From an uncultured Actinomycetota bacterium (lineage in GTDB: Bacteria > Actinomycetota > Actinomycetes > Actinomycetales > CAVURS01), in assembly GCA_963794535.1 (NCBI GenBank), contig CAWCEI010000013.1:56185-120184 (forward strand): 64,000 nucleotides of DNA, written 5' to 3'. This document shows, one piece after another, positions 10,633 to 21,564 of the stretch. How positions within the stretch are numbered: position 1 is the stretch's first letter; each line of letters opens with the position of its first letter. The notes below the pieces were generated by a model that saw only the letters and a list, made by a program, of their open reading frames with translations, was not told the origin of the DNA and ran no database searches. A program made the position numbers and the translations under genes.

Positions 10633-11837
10633 TGACAACCTCTTCCGCGACAGAGACCTCGAACCAGACCTCCAAAGCCGGCCGCGACGTCCGGGCCGCC
10701 ACCGGGGACCTGGTCATCGACCAGGTGACCAAGTCCTTCGCCAGCTTCACCGCGGTCGACGACCTGTCGCTCACGGTGCCGCGGGGCTCGTTCTTCGCGC
10801 TGCTCGGGCCATCGGGCTGCGGCAAGACGACCACCTTGCGGATGGTGGCGGGCCTCGAGCAGCCGACCAAGGGCCGGGTCCTGATCGGCGACACCGACCT
10901 GACCGGGTCGCGGCCCTACCAGCGCCCGGTCAACACCGTGTTCCAGAGCTACGCGCTCTTCCCCCACCTCGACATCCTGGAGAACGTCGCCTTCGGCCCC
11001 AAGCGCCGCAAGGAGGCGGGCGCGATCCAGAGTGCCAAGGACGCGCTGGAGCTGGTGCAGCTGTCGCACCTGGCCGGCCGCAAGCCGACCCAGCTCTCCG
11101 GCGGCCAGCAGCAGCGGGTCGCCCTGGCGAGGGCCATCGTGAACAAGCCCGAGGTGCTGCTGCTCGACGAGCCGCTCGGCGCGCTGGACCTCAAGCTGCG
11201 CCGGCAGATGCAGGTGGAGCTCAAGCGGATCCAGGAGGAGGTCGGGCTGACCTTCATCCACGTCACCCACGACCAGGAAGAGGCCATGACGATGGCCGAC
11301 ACTGTGGCGGTCATGAACGCGGGCAAGGTCGAGCAGATGGGCGCGCCGGCTGAGCTCTACGAGCTGCCGCGGACAGCCTTCGTGGCCAACTTCCTCGGCC
11401 AGTCCAACCTGGCCCGCGGCACGGTCGTGGAGGTCAAGGGTGACCTGATCGGCGTCGATGTGGCCGGTCGTCGGGTGTTGGCCTACAAGGACCGGTCCTC
11501 GGCCTCGAACACGGTCGGCTCCGAGGTCGTCGTCGGCGTCCGGCCGGAGAAGGTCAGCCTGGTGCAGAGCGGGGCCGAACCCCCGCCGGGCACGAACCAT
11601 CTCGGCCCCGGCAAGGTGATCGACGCGTCGTTCTCCGGCGTCAGCACGCAGTACCTGGTGGACGTCGGAGGAGTCGGTGTCCTGTCGGTGTTCTCGCAGA
11701 ACCTCGGCGTCGGGACGCTCGCCCGGGACGGCGACCAGGTGACGCTGGCCTGGACCCCGGAGCACACGTTCCTGCTCAGTGGCGACGAGGACCTCAGCGC
11801 CGGTGTCGACGAGGACATCAAGGAGGTCGCCCAGTGA
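10632..11837 (+). CDS. potA: ABC transporter ATP-binding protein (PotA-like)
   Basis: Walker [10 protein letters not shown], signature [14 protein letters not shown], Walker [12 protein letters not shown]. The ATG at 10632 overlaps the upstream stop (TGATG). Confidence 0.85.
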   Translation: MTTSSATETSNQTSKAGRDVRAATGDLVIDQVTKSFASFTAVDDLSLTVPRGSFFALLGPSGCGKTTTLRMVAGLEQPTKGRVLIGDTDLTGSRPYQRPVNTVFQSYALFPHLDILENVAFGPKRRKEAGAIQSAKDALELVQLSHLAGRKPTQLSGGQQQRVALARAIVNKPEVLLLDEPLGALDLKLRRQMQVELKRIQEEVGLTFIHVTHDQEEAMTMADTVAVMNAGKVEQMGAPAELYELPRTAFVANFLGQSNLARGTVVEVKGDLIGVDVAGRRVLAYKDRSSASNTVGSEVVVGVRPEKVSLVQSGAEPPPGTNHLGPGKVIDASFSGVSTQYLVDVGGVGVLSVFSQNLGVGTLARDGDQVTLAWTPEHTFLLSGDEDLSAGVDEDIKEVAQ

Positions 11838-12763
11838 GCCAGGTGACGGTGGCCGCTGCCACCCACACCCCGCCGCCGGGAGAGACCGACGCCCCACCTC
11901 CCGAACAGCGCCGCGGACGCAAGTGGACGCCGTACCTGCTGTTGCTCCCGGGCATGGTCTGGCTGTTGGTCTTCTTCGTCTTCCCGCTGGCCCAGCTCGG
12001 CGCCACCAGCCTGCAGTCGCAGTTCCCGGGCTACCCGGGCTACTACTACCGCGACCTCAACTTCTCCAACTTCAGCCACGCGGCGTGGGACTACCGCTGG
12101 TTCTTCGGCCGGTCGCTGCTGTTCGCTGCGCTGGCAACGCTTTTCGCGTTCTGCCTGGCCTATCCGTTGGCCTACACGATCGCGTTCAAGGCCGGGCGGT
12201 GGCGCGGGGTGATGCTGATCTGCATCATCGCGCCGTTCTTCACGTCCTTCATCCTGCGGACGATCGCCTGGCGGCAGATCCTTTCCGACGGCGGTGTGGT
12301 CGTGCACGTTCTGCGGTTCGTGCACATCTTGCCGAGCGACGGGCACCTCACGGAGACCTGGGTAGCGGTCGTGGCCGGGATCACATACAACTTCGTGCCC
12401 TTCATGACGTTGCCGATCTATGCGTCGCTGGAACGGGTCGACCATCGGCTGATCGAGGCCGGAGGCGACCTGTACGCCGACGGCTTCACCACCTTCCGCA
12501 AGGTGACCTTCCCGCTGAGCCTGCCCGGTGTGGTGGCCGGCACGCTGCTGACCTTCATCCCTGCGGCCGGTGACTACGTGAACGCCGAGCTCCTCGGCTC
12601 GGACCGGAGCACCAAGATGGTGGGCAACGTCATCGACAGCCAGTTCAACAAGGTGGTCGGTGGCTATCCGACGGCGGCGGCGCTGTCCTTCACCTTGATG
12701 GCGATGATCTTGATCTTGGTGTTCCTCTATATCCGCCGATCAGGGACGGAGGAGCTGGTATGA
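11834..12763 (+). CDS. ABC transporter permease (PotB-like)
   Basis: Intact 309-aa multi-TM ORF of the binding-protein-dependent permease type. GTGA overlap with potA. Confidence 0.8.
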   Translation: MSQVTVAAATHTPPPGETDAPPPEQRRGRKWTPYLLLLPGMVWLLVFFVFPLAQLGATSLQSQFPGYPGYYYRDLNFSNFSHAAWDYRWFFGRSLLFAALATLFAFCLAYPLAYTIAFKAGRWRGVMLICIIAPFFTSFILRTIAWRQILSDGGVVVHVLRFVHILPSDGHLTETWVAVVAGITYNFVPFMTLPIYASLERVDHRLIEAGGDLYADGFTTFRKVTFPLSLPGVVAGTLLTFIPAAGDYVNAELLGSDRSTKMVGNVIDSQFNKVVGGYPTAAALSFTLMAMILILVFLYIRRSGTEELV

Positions 12764-13635
12764 CCGCCGTGTCCTCTCGCCCCTCGGCCACTGCGGCCCA
12801 GGCCCGCTCCCGCACGTCGTTCCAGAAGGCCAAGGACTGGGTCGCCGACCACATGGTGGCGGTGTTCGCCGTCGTCGTTCTGGTCTACCTGTTCGTGCCG
12901 GTGGCCTACACGTTCGCCTTCTCGTTCAACAACTACCGCAAGTCCAACATCACCTGGGAGTCCCAGGGCAGCCCGACCCTGAAGCACTGGGAGAACCCCT
13001 GTGGGGCACCGGGAGTCTGCGGTGCGCTGGCCAACAGCCTCAAGATCGGTCTGCTGGCGACGCTCGTCGCCACCATCCTTGGGACCTTGATCGCGTTCGC
13101 CTTGGTGCGGCACCGGTTCCGTGGCCGAGCGGCGACGAACATCCTGATCTTCGTGCCGATGGCGACCCCCGAGGTCGTCATGGGGGCCAGCCTGCTGACG
13201 GTCTTCGTCCAGGCCTTCGCCCCGCTCGGGCTGTCCCTCGGCTTCTGGACGATCGTGATCGCCCACATCATGTTCTGTCTGAGCTTCGTGGTGGTGACGG
13301 TCAAGGCCAGAGTGCTGAGCCTGGATCCGAAGCTCGAGGAAGCGGCGATGGATCTCTACGCCAACGAGACCCAGACCTTCCGGCGGGTCACCTTCCCGCT
13401 CGTGCTGCCCGGCATCATCGCGGCGGCGATGCTCTCGTTCTCGCTGTCGTTCGACGACTTCATCATCACGTACTTCGTCTCGGGCGACACAACGACGTTC
13501 CCCAAGTTCGTCTATGTGTCCTACCTGCGCGGGATTCCCGCTCAGGCCAACGTGATCGGGTTCAGCATGTTCGTCATCGCGGTGACGATCGTGATCCTCG
13601 GCCAGTTCGTCGGCAGCCGGCGGCGAGCGCGGTGA
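12760..13635 (+). CDS. ABC transporter permease (PotC-like)
   Basis: Intact 291-aa multi-TM ORF. ATGA overlap with the preceding permease. Confidence 0.8.
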   Translation: MTAVSSRPSATAAQARSRTSFQKAKDWVADHMVAVFAVVVLVYLFVPVAYTFAFSFNNYRKSNITWESQGSPTLKHWENPCGAPGVCGALANSLKIGLLATLVATILGTLIAFALVRHRFRGRAATNILIFVPMATPEVVMGASLLTVFVQAFAPLGLSLGFWTIVIAHIMFCLSFVVVTVKARVLSLDPKLEEAAMDLYANETQTFRRVTFPLVLPGIIAAAMLSFSLSFDDFIITYFVSGDTTTFPKFVYVSYLRGIPAQANVIGFSMFVIAVTIVILGQFVGSRRRAR

Positions 13636-15039
13636 CGAGGGCCGTCGCACCGGCGGCGGCTCTGCAGGGGGCCAGCTCGACACCGCTGTGGCTGGACCGG
13701 CCGGACCGTCCGGCGGCGCGGCCGGCCATCGACGGCGACCTCCGCTGCGACCTCGCGGTCGTCGGCGGTGGCTTCACCGGTCTCTGGGCGGCGCTGCTCG
13801 CGCTCGAGGAGAACCCGGACCGTCAGGTCGTGGTCCTGGAGGGCGCGCGACTGGGCTGGGCGGCCTCCGGTCGCAACGGCGGTTTCTGCGCGGCGAGCCT
13901 GACCCATGGGCTCGGCAACGGCGTGGCCCGTTGGCCGGATGAGATGCCCCAGCTGCTGCGGCTCGGCCACGCCAATCTCGACGCGATCGGCGAAACCGTT
14001 GCGCGGTATGGGATCGACTGCTCCTTCGAGCGCACCGGCGGCCTCGATGTGGCGACGGCACCGTGGCAGTTCGAGGGTTTGCGCGAGGTGCACGACGAGG
14101 CGACCCGCCTCGGTGAGAGCAGTGTCCTGCTCGATGCCGAGGAGACGCGGGCGATGGTCAACTCCCCGACGTACGTCGGTGGGGTGTTGGACGAGCGCGG
14201 CACCGCGATGGTCGACCCGGGCCGGCTGGTGTGGGGACTGGCGGCCGCGGTGGAGTCGCTGGGCGGTCAGATCCTGGAACAGAGCCCGGTCACGGGCTGG
14301 CGCGACAACGGCGACACCGTGGAGCTGGAGACCGCGAACGGCCGGGTGCATGCCGAGCAGGTCGTGCTCGCGACCAACGTCTTCCCCTCACTGGTCAAGC
14401 GGTCCCGACCGCTCGTCGTGCCGGTGTGGGACCACGTCATCGCGACCGAGCCGCTCTCGCCGGAGCTGATGGCCTCGATCGGCTGGTCCGGCCGCCAGGG
14501 CGTCGGGGATGCCGGCAACCAGTTCCACTACTACCGCTTGTCCGATGACAACCGTCTGGTGTTCGGCGGCTATGACGCGATCTACTACTTCGGGTCCGAC
14601 CTCTCCGCAGCGCGGGCGCGCAGTGCCGAGACCGAGTCGATCCTGGCCCAGCACCTGGTCGAGACGTTCCCCCAGCTCGATGGGGTCCGGTTCACCCATA
14701 CCTGGGGCGGGGCGATCGACACCTGCACGCGGTTCAGCCCGTTCTGGGGCCGGGCGCTCGGCGGTCGCGCGGCGCTACGTCGCGGGCTACACCGGTCTCG
14801 GCGTGGGCTCGTCCCGGTTCGGGGCCCAGGTCTGCCTCGACCTGCTGGCTCGTCGCGACAACGAGCGGACCGGCCTGGCGATGGTCCGGCGCAAGCCGCT
14901 GCCCTTCCCGCCGGAGCCGTTGCGCTGGGCCGCGATCCAGCTGACCCGGCGCAGCATCGCCCGGGCCGACGCCGCGGACGGGCGTCGCGACATCTGGCTG
15001 CGGACCCTGGACCGGCTCGGCCTCGGCTTCGACTCATAG
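13632..15039 (+). CDS. FAD-dependent oxidoreductase (DAO family, gamma-glutamylputrescine-oxidase-like); one apparent frameshift near 14765
   Basis: Dinucleotide-binding motif DLAVVGGGFTGLWAAL. After ..FSPFWGRALGG the sequence continues in the frame of ORF 14509..15039 (RYVAGYTGLGVGSSRFGAQV..). GTGA overlap with the permease gene. The 833-aa track ORF is a read-through artefact. Confidence 0.75.
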
Positions 15040-15048
15040 GATCGGGAC

Positions 15049-16059
15049 ATGACCAGACTTGGCGGACAGTTCGGGCCAGATGTGACCTTCCTCGGGGTGC
15101 CGCGATGCGACCTCGACGACCCGGCGTCGTACGCCGATGCGGACGTCGTGATCCTCGGGGCGCCGTTCGACGGCGGCACCTCCCACCGCCCCGGCACCCG
15201 GTTCGGGCCGCAGGCGATCCGGATGACCGACTACCTGCCGCACGACGGGTCCCGGCCGAGCCTGGCGATGCGCACCGACGGCCTGGTCGATCTCAAGGTC
15301 GTCGACGCGGGCGACGTCGAGATGTACTCCGGCGACATCCAGGTCGCGTTGCCGCTGCTCGAGGCTGCGGTGCAGAAGGTCGCCGAGTCCGGGGCGATCC
15401 CGGTCATCCTCGGCGGCGACCACTCGGTGACCTTCCCCGACGCCAAGGGCATCGCCAACCACCTCGGCCACGGCCGGATCTCGATGATCCACTTCGACGC
15501 CCACGCCGACACCGGCGACATCGCCTTCGGTTCGCTTTGGGGGCACGGCCAGCCGATGCGCCGGCTGATCGAGTCGGGTGCGCTGCGCGGCGACCGGTTC
15601 CTGCAGGTCGGGCTGCGCGGCTACTGGCCCGAGCCGGAGACGTTGGACTGGATGGCCGGGCAGAAGATGCGGTCCTTCGAGATGACCGAGATCGTCCACC
15701 GGGGCCTGAACGAGTGCCTGTCCGAGGCGTTCGTCATCGCCATGGACGACTGCGACGGGGTCTTCCTCTCGGTCGACATCGACGTGTGCGACCCGGGGCA
15801 CGCGCCCGGCACCGGCACTCCGGAGCCGGGCGGGCTCTCGGCCCGGCAGCTGCTCGACGCCGTACGCCGGATCTGCCTGGAGCTGCCCGTGGTCGGGGTC
15901 GACGTGGTCGAGGTCAGCCCGCCGTACGACCATGCCGACATCACCGCCGCGCTGGGCAACCGCGTTGTGCTGGAAGCTCTTTCGGCGATCGCTCGCAGGC
16001 GGGCAGACGAGCGGGACGGGACCACCTGGGACCCGTCCCGCCCGCTGCTCGACCGCTAG
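15049..16059 (+). CDS. Agmatinase/guanidinobutyrase-type ureohydrolase (arginase family)
   Basis: Intact 336-aa ORF with the Mn-binding motifs GGDHSVT, HFDAHADTGD and SVDIDVCDPGHAPGTGTPEPGG. Confidence 0.85.
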   Translation: MTRLGGQFGPDVTFLGVPRCDLDDPASYADADVVILGAPFDGGTSHRPGTRFGPQAIRMTDYLPHDGSRPSLAMRTDGLVDLKVVDAGDVEMYSGDIQVALPLLEAAVQKVAESGAIPVILGGDHSVTFPDAKGIANHLGHGRISMIHFDAHADTGDIAFGSLWGHGQPMRRLIESGALRGDRFLQVGLRGYWPEPETLDWMAGQKMRSFEMTEIVHRGLNECLSEAFVIAMDDCDGVFLSVDIDVCDPGHAPGTGTPEPGGLSARQLLDAVRRICLELPVVGVDVVEVSPPYDHADITAALGNRVVLEALSAIARRRADERDGTTWDPSRPLLDR

Positions 16060-16078
16060 GTGAGAGCGGAGTCGAGCA

Positions 16079-17771
16079 TCAGCCGTCGTCGCGCGAACGC
16101 GTCTCCCCGGTGAGGGGGTCGATGGCTCGCTGACCCGGCGGCAGGTTGGACAGGTCCGGTGCGATGACGGTCGGCATCTCGCCGGAGTCCGGCAGACCGA
16201 GGTGGGCGACGGAGCCGTCGGCCGGCACGAGCAGGTAGCTCGCCGTGGTCGCCCTTCGGCAGCGTCTCGCCGCGGAAGTAGCTGGGGCTGATCGCCTGGT
16301 AGACGAACATCAGGACCACGCCGAACAGCAGCGAGCCGATGCCGATGATGAAGACGCCGCCGACACTCGCCCAGGCTGGTGTAGCCGTAGTCCGGGTCGT
16401 AGTAGGTGTGGCAGGCGTAGAAGAACGCGAACAGCAGGAGCAGCCCGCCGAGCAGCGGGATGACGCCCTGCATGACGATGTCGCGCGGCTTGGCCCACAT
16501 GGTCTTGCGGTAGTACCAGACGCAGGCGAAGCCGGTGAGGCCGTAGTAGAACGCGATCATCAGGCCCACCGCCGCGATCGTGTCGGCCAGGATGTTCTGG
16601 CTGACCAGGGTCAGGCCGACGTAGAAGAAGATCGAGACGGCGCCCATCCAGATCGTCGAGTCGGTCGGGGTCAGGTACTCGCGGGTGGATCCGGGCGAAC
16701 CGGGACGGGATCGCCTTGTACGCCGCCATCGAGAGCGACGGTGCGGGCCGTCGGCAGGATCGTCGTCTGGGTCGACGCGGAGGCCGAGGTGAGGACGGTG
16801 ATCTTGAGGAAGAACACCATGACCGCACCGACGACGCCGCCACCGAACACGACCGAGCCCATACCCGCGAAGACGTCGTCGGCGTTGTCCGGGTTGCCGA
16901 TCCCGATGCCGGTCGAGCCGACGCCGGCGACCGAGACCGCCGCGATCGAGACGATGGCGTAGGTGAGCAGCAGCAGGATGGTGGAGAGGACGGCGGCGCG
17001 GCCGGGGTTGTGGCCGGGTCGTCCGCCTCTTCGTTGGTGGCGACGGCGGTGTCCCAGCCCCAGTAGATGAAGACGGCGATCAGGGTCGCGGTGACGATCG
17101 AGGTCAGGGACAGGCCGGACGGCGAGAGCCACGACAGCTGCGGCTTGATGTGTCCCTTCGGCGCTCCGCCGAAGTAGACCTTGGCCAGCGCGAAGAGCGC
17201 GAACAGAACCAGCGTGAAGACCTCGATGCCGAGCAGTGCGTACTGGATCCGGGCCGAGATCTCGATCCCGCGGTAGCAGATGTAGGTCATGACGATGATC
17301 CACACGATGCCCGCGACGGTGCTCCAGAACGTGCTGTCGGCCAGCGAGTCGAGGCCGACCAGTCGGTAGGAGTAGGACCCGGCGATCTGGGCCAGGTTGG
17401 CCATGACGATGACGTCGGCGGCGATGATGCCCCAGCCGCCCATCCAGCCGACGCGCGTGCCGAACGCCTTGGCCGCCCAGGTGAAGGTGGTGCCGCAGTC
17501 CGGGATCGCCTTGTTCAGCTCGGCGTACGCGACGGCGATGAAGTACATCGGGATGAAGGCGATCACCATGATCAGCGGAGCCTTCACGCCGACGATGCCG
17601 TTGCCGTTGGCCGTCGTCGACGACGTAGCCGAGACTGGCGGCGAGGCTGTACGCCGGGGCCGTGGACGCGATCCCCACCACAACGCTGGAGAGGAGGCCG
17701 AGCGAGCCGCCCTTGAGGCCCTTCTCGCCGGACCCGCTTCCGTGATCCTGCGCTACGTCGACTGCGGTCAT
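16079..17771 (-). CDS. APC-family amino acid/polyamine permease; about 6 apparent frameshifts
   Basis: Hand-joined from four minus-strand frames. The N-terminus is MTAVDVAQDH..GLLSSVVVGIASTAPAYSLAASLGYVV, followed by NGIVGVKAPLIMVIAFIPMYFIAVAYAELNKAIPDCGTTFTW and GRAAVLSTILLLLTYAIV. The next pieces are LSMAAYKAIPSRFARIHPR, MGAVSIFFYVGL and VGGVFIIGIGSLLFGVVLMFVYQ. The tail ends ..TRSRDDG with its stop at 16079-16081. Confidence 0.7.
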
Positions 17772-17923
17772 TACCAGCCCCTTCGAGGTCGCCTGCCGGT
17801 CGAGCGCCTGTGCGGCGGGTGGCGGCCGACATACGGATTCCGTCGTGTGGAGGCTAGACGACTACGATCTACGTGTACAGACCCCTGTTAGACAGATGAA
17901 ATACACCGTTGAAAGGACCTCCC

Positions 17924-19187
17924 ATGCGCATTCTGTTGGTCGGATCGGGCGGCGTCGGTGACGCGTTTGCCCGGATCGCCGCGCGCCGCTCGTTCTTCGA
18001 GCACCTGGTGGTGGCCGACTACGACCTCGGCCGGGCCGAGCGCACCGTCGCCGCGGTCCAGGAGGCGCATCCCGGCGAGAGCCGGTTCGTCGCCGCGCAG
18101 GTCGACGCGTCGTCCGCGGAGTCGGTGGCCGACCTGGTCCGGGAGCACGCGGTCACCCACGTGATGAACGCGGTGGACCCGCGGTTCGTGATGCCGGTCT
18201 TCGAGGGGGCGTTCGCGGCGGGGGCCGACTACCTGGACATGGCGATGAGCCTGTCGCAGCCGCACCCGGATGCGCCGTACGAGCAGACCGGCGTGATGCT
18301 GGGCGACGGTCAGTTCGCCGTGGCGGGGGAGTGGGAGGCGGCCGGCCGGCTCGCGCTGTGCGGCATCGGCGTCGAGCCCGGGCTGTCCGACATCTTCGCG
18401 CGGTACGCCGCGGACCACCTGTTCTCCGAGATCGACGAGCTCGGGCACGCGGGACGGCTCGAACCTCGTCGTCGAGGGCTTCGAGTTCGCGCCGTCGTTC
18501 TCGATCTGGACGACGATCGAGGAGTGCCTCAACCCGCCGGTGATCTGGGAGAAGCCGGATGGTGAGGACGGCCGGTGGTTCACGACGGCGCCGTTCAGCG
18601 AGCCGGAGGTCTTCGACTTCCCCGAGGGCATCGGGCCGGTCGAGTGCGTCAACGTCGAGCACGAAGAGGTGCTGTTGATGCCGCGCTGGCTGGACGCGAA
18701 GCGGGTGACCTTCAAGTACGGGCTGGGCACCGAGTTCATCGACGTGCTGAAGACGCTGCACAAGCTCGGTCTGGACCGTACGACGCCGGTGCGCGGTGCA
18801 GTCGTCGGGTGGTCCGGTCGAGGTGAGCCCGCGGGACGTGGTCGCCGCGTCGCTGCCCGACCCGGCCGGGCTCGGTGACCGGATGAGCGGCAAGACCTGT
18901 GCCGGGATGTGGGTCCGCGGGCTGGGCAAGGACGGTGCAGCCGCGGTCGACGTACCTCTACCACGTGGTCGACAACGCCTGGGCGATGGAGAACTACGGC
19001 GCGCAGTGCGTCGTGTGGCAGACCGCGGTCAACCCGGTCGTCGCGCTGGAGCTGCTGGCCGCCGGGACCTGGTCGGGCAGCGGGGTGCTCGGTCCGGAGG
19101 CGTTCGACGCGCGTGCCGTTCCTCGATCTGCTGGCTGCGGACGAGCCGGCCGGCTACGGATCGGCGTGGGGCCAACGCGAGCAGTGA
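17924..19187 (+). CDS. Saccharopine dehydrogenase family protein (NADP-binding); about 4 apparent frameshifts
   Basis: Rossmann N-terminus MRILLVGSGGVGD. Later pieces sit in other frames (..IWEKPDGEDGRWFTTAPFSEPEVFDFPEGIGPVECVNVEHEEV.., ..YLYHVVDNAWAMENYGAQCVVWQTAVNPVVALELLAAG.., ..VPFLDLLAADEPAGYG..). Confidence 0.65.
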
Positions 19188-19339
19188 CCGTTCGTTAGTT
19201 GTCGACTGACAATCATTGGTCGTGTCGTCGGGATCGCTTTGCGGGCCAACGTGTTTCGGTTGTTGATCGTTATCTCGTCGTGACCTGGGGCGGTGGATTG
19301 CGGGTCGGGACTGTCGGTGGCTTTGTCTAGGTTCGTTGT

Positions 19340-20808
19340 ATGTCCAGCAGGGGTGCGGTCGAGGGTGAGCTGAGCGTTGGTGACGCGGTGGGGTTGCTGC
19401 CGCGGGTGTTGGACGCGTTGGCCTCGGCGCCGTGGTGGCAGTGTTCGGATGCCGAGCTGGCGGAGTTCGTTCGGTTGTTCGCGCGGGCGGAGTCGCGGTG
19501 TGCGGCGGGCGGGGTGGCGGTGTTGGCTGAGGCGATGGAGCGGGGTTTGCCGGCCTCGGCGGGGGCCAAGAGTGGTGGCTGCTGGTTTCGGGGGTTGGTG
19601 GCGGTCACGCCGGGGGTGGGCCGGGCCCGGGCCGACCTGGCGGAGGCGTTCGGGACCGCCGCGAACCCGGTCGAGGGGCTTGGCGCCGACCGCGGCGGCG
19701 TTCGCGGCGGGGGACATCGGCGTGGGTCATGCCGGGGTGATGGTCCGCACGATGGACGCGGTGGCCGCCCTGCCGGAGGTCGACGTGGTGACCGCGGCGG
19801 AGGGGCAGGGGTTGTTGTTGGAGGCGGCGGCGGTGCTGGACCCGGCCCAGCTGGGGAAGGCCGGGCTTCGGTTGCGGCACCGCCTGGACCCGGGCGCGGC
19901 GGACCGGTTGGCCCGTGATGAGGACCGCCAGCAGGAGGCCCGCTACGCCTGGCTGGTCCAGGAGTCGACGCGGGATGTGGGCGTTGCGGGGTCTGCTGCC
20001 CCCGGTCGCGGGCGCGGCCCTGGCCGCCGCGTTGGACCCGCTGACGGCGCCCCAACCCGCCGTCGATGGGACGCCGGATCCGCGGACCGGGCAGCAGCGG
20101 ACCGCCGACGCCCTGCACGCCCTGGCCGAACTGTCGCTGGCCGCCCGCCACGGGGAGCCGGGCGCGTTACCGTCCCGGGGTGGGGCGGCGACCCGGCTGG
20201 TCCTGACCGCCGAGCTGGACACCCTCCTGGCCACCATGACCGCCACCGCCGCACGGGTCCGGCCGGGTCGGCGGGGATGGTCGGGGTTGGTGCCGCCGGT
20301 GCTGGTCACCGGGGACCCCGGCGGGTGGGAGATCAGCCCGCTGACGTTGCAGACGTTGTCCTGTGAGGCCGAGGTGGTCCCGGTGTTGACCGACGGCTTC
20401 GGCCGGGCCCTGGACGTGGGGCAGACGGTGTATCCGTTCCCGCCCCGGATCCGGCGGGCGATCGAGGTCCGGGACCAGCACTGCACGTTCCCGAACTGCC
20501 GGTCCAAGCCGGCCTGGTGTCACGTCCACCACTTGGTCCGGTTCGGACCCGACGGGCCGACCAGCGAAGCCAACGGGGCGTTGTTGTGTGGGCGGCACCA
20601 CCGCCACATCCACGCCCACGGCATGGTCGGGCAGATCATCGACGGCCACGTCCTCTGGCGACCGCGTGATCCCGACGGATCAGACGACCCACCTGACGGG
20701 CAGCACAACGCCCACCTCCAACACTACGAACGCGCCCTCCGCGCCCTCGCCCGACGATGGCTGGCCCGAAACCCCCACCTCCAACCCCACCCACCCGACA
20801 CCAGCTAG
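19340..20808 (+). CDS. DUF222 domain / HNH endonuclease (REP13E12-like family); 2 apparent frameshifts
   Basis: The DUF222-like N-terminal region spans three frames. The C-terminal HNH motif is CTFPNCRSKPAWCHVHHLVRF..NGALLCGRHHRHIH. The flanks are lower in GC. Confidence 0.75.
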
Positions 20809-20990
20809 ACGGGCCGAGAGGTCACAGCACAGTCAGGTTGGTGCCCGTCGCCATCTCGTTTGGGGTCGGCTTCGCGCGCGCACGGATCGCGGTGCAGGTG
20901 TTCGTTGTTTCCGCGCGGGTCGATCCGGGCTCAGATCGGGACGCCACCAAGGGGTGTCCTCAAGAACAGGTGAGGTTGCTCAACCTGGTG

Positions 20991-21302
20991 CTAACTTCCG
21001 GCGGCCGAACCTAGCGCCACGATGCTTGCCACGACTGCAGTGGAGATCGTGAGCGCAAGTTCCCAAGTCTCGTCGTCGTCGCCGACGAGGACCGTGACCA
21101 CGTCCGATTCGCCACGGACCCAGAAGACGGGGTGCCCGAGCGTGGTGCCCACGCGCAGCGACGACCGGGTCGACCAATCCGCTCGATCGATCTCCGACAG
21201 CTGGGCCAGGTCCGAGGCATGTACCCGAACTGCCAAGTGCACTTCGTCCGAGACGAGGGTGAGCGTCTGGTCCAGTGGGTCGAAGTCCACGCTCACCGGC
21301 AT
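20991..21302 (-). CDS. Hypothetical protein (orphan, 103 aa)
   Basis: Intact ORF with high third-position GC. It is acidic (..VLVGDDDETWELALTIS..). I recognise no family. Confidence 0.4.
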   Translation of the reverse strand: MPVSVDFDPLDQTLTLVSDEVHLAVRVHASDLAQLSEIDRADWSTRSSLRVGTTLGHPVFWVRGESDVVTVLVGDDDETWELALTISTAVVASIVALGSAAGS

Positions 21303-21564
21303 TTGGAGAACCTAGCGCCGCAGGCGAGGCGCAGGTGACAGCCCGGTCAGCCTTCGGAGCACGAAGGTGCCGTACTAAAGGGCTGGTGAGGTTCTTCGCG
21401 GTTGTGGCATTCACATTCGCGTCAGCCGCCAGTCCCTGGAGTGGACAGATCCTGGGCTCGAGCGCTGCACCGCAGGGATCGGGCGCCGATAGGAGATGGC
21501 GCCGACAGTGGTCTGAGTACGGTCCGGTGAAGACGCGCTGCGGGCATCAAGGGAGAGCAACGAG

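Noticed and set aside
13632-16133. 833-aa ORF that appears to fuse the FAD oxidoreductase to downstream sequence. Likewise the 909-aa ORF 31503..34232, which appears to fuse DUF5317 tail, dxr and rseP.
   Set aside because: Motif tracing shows the real proteins leave these frames at ~14765 and ~32797 and terminate at 15039 and 32859. The long ORFs are read-through caused by indels, not multidomain fusions.
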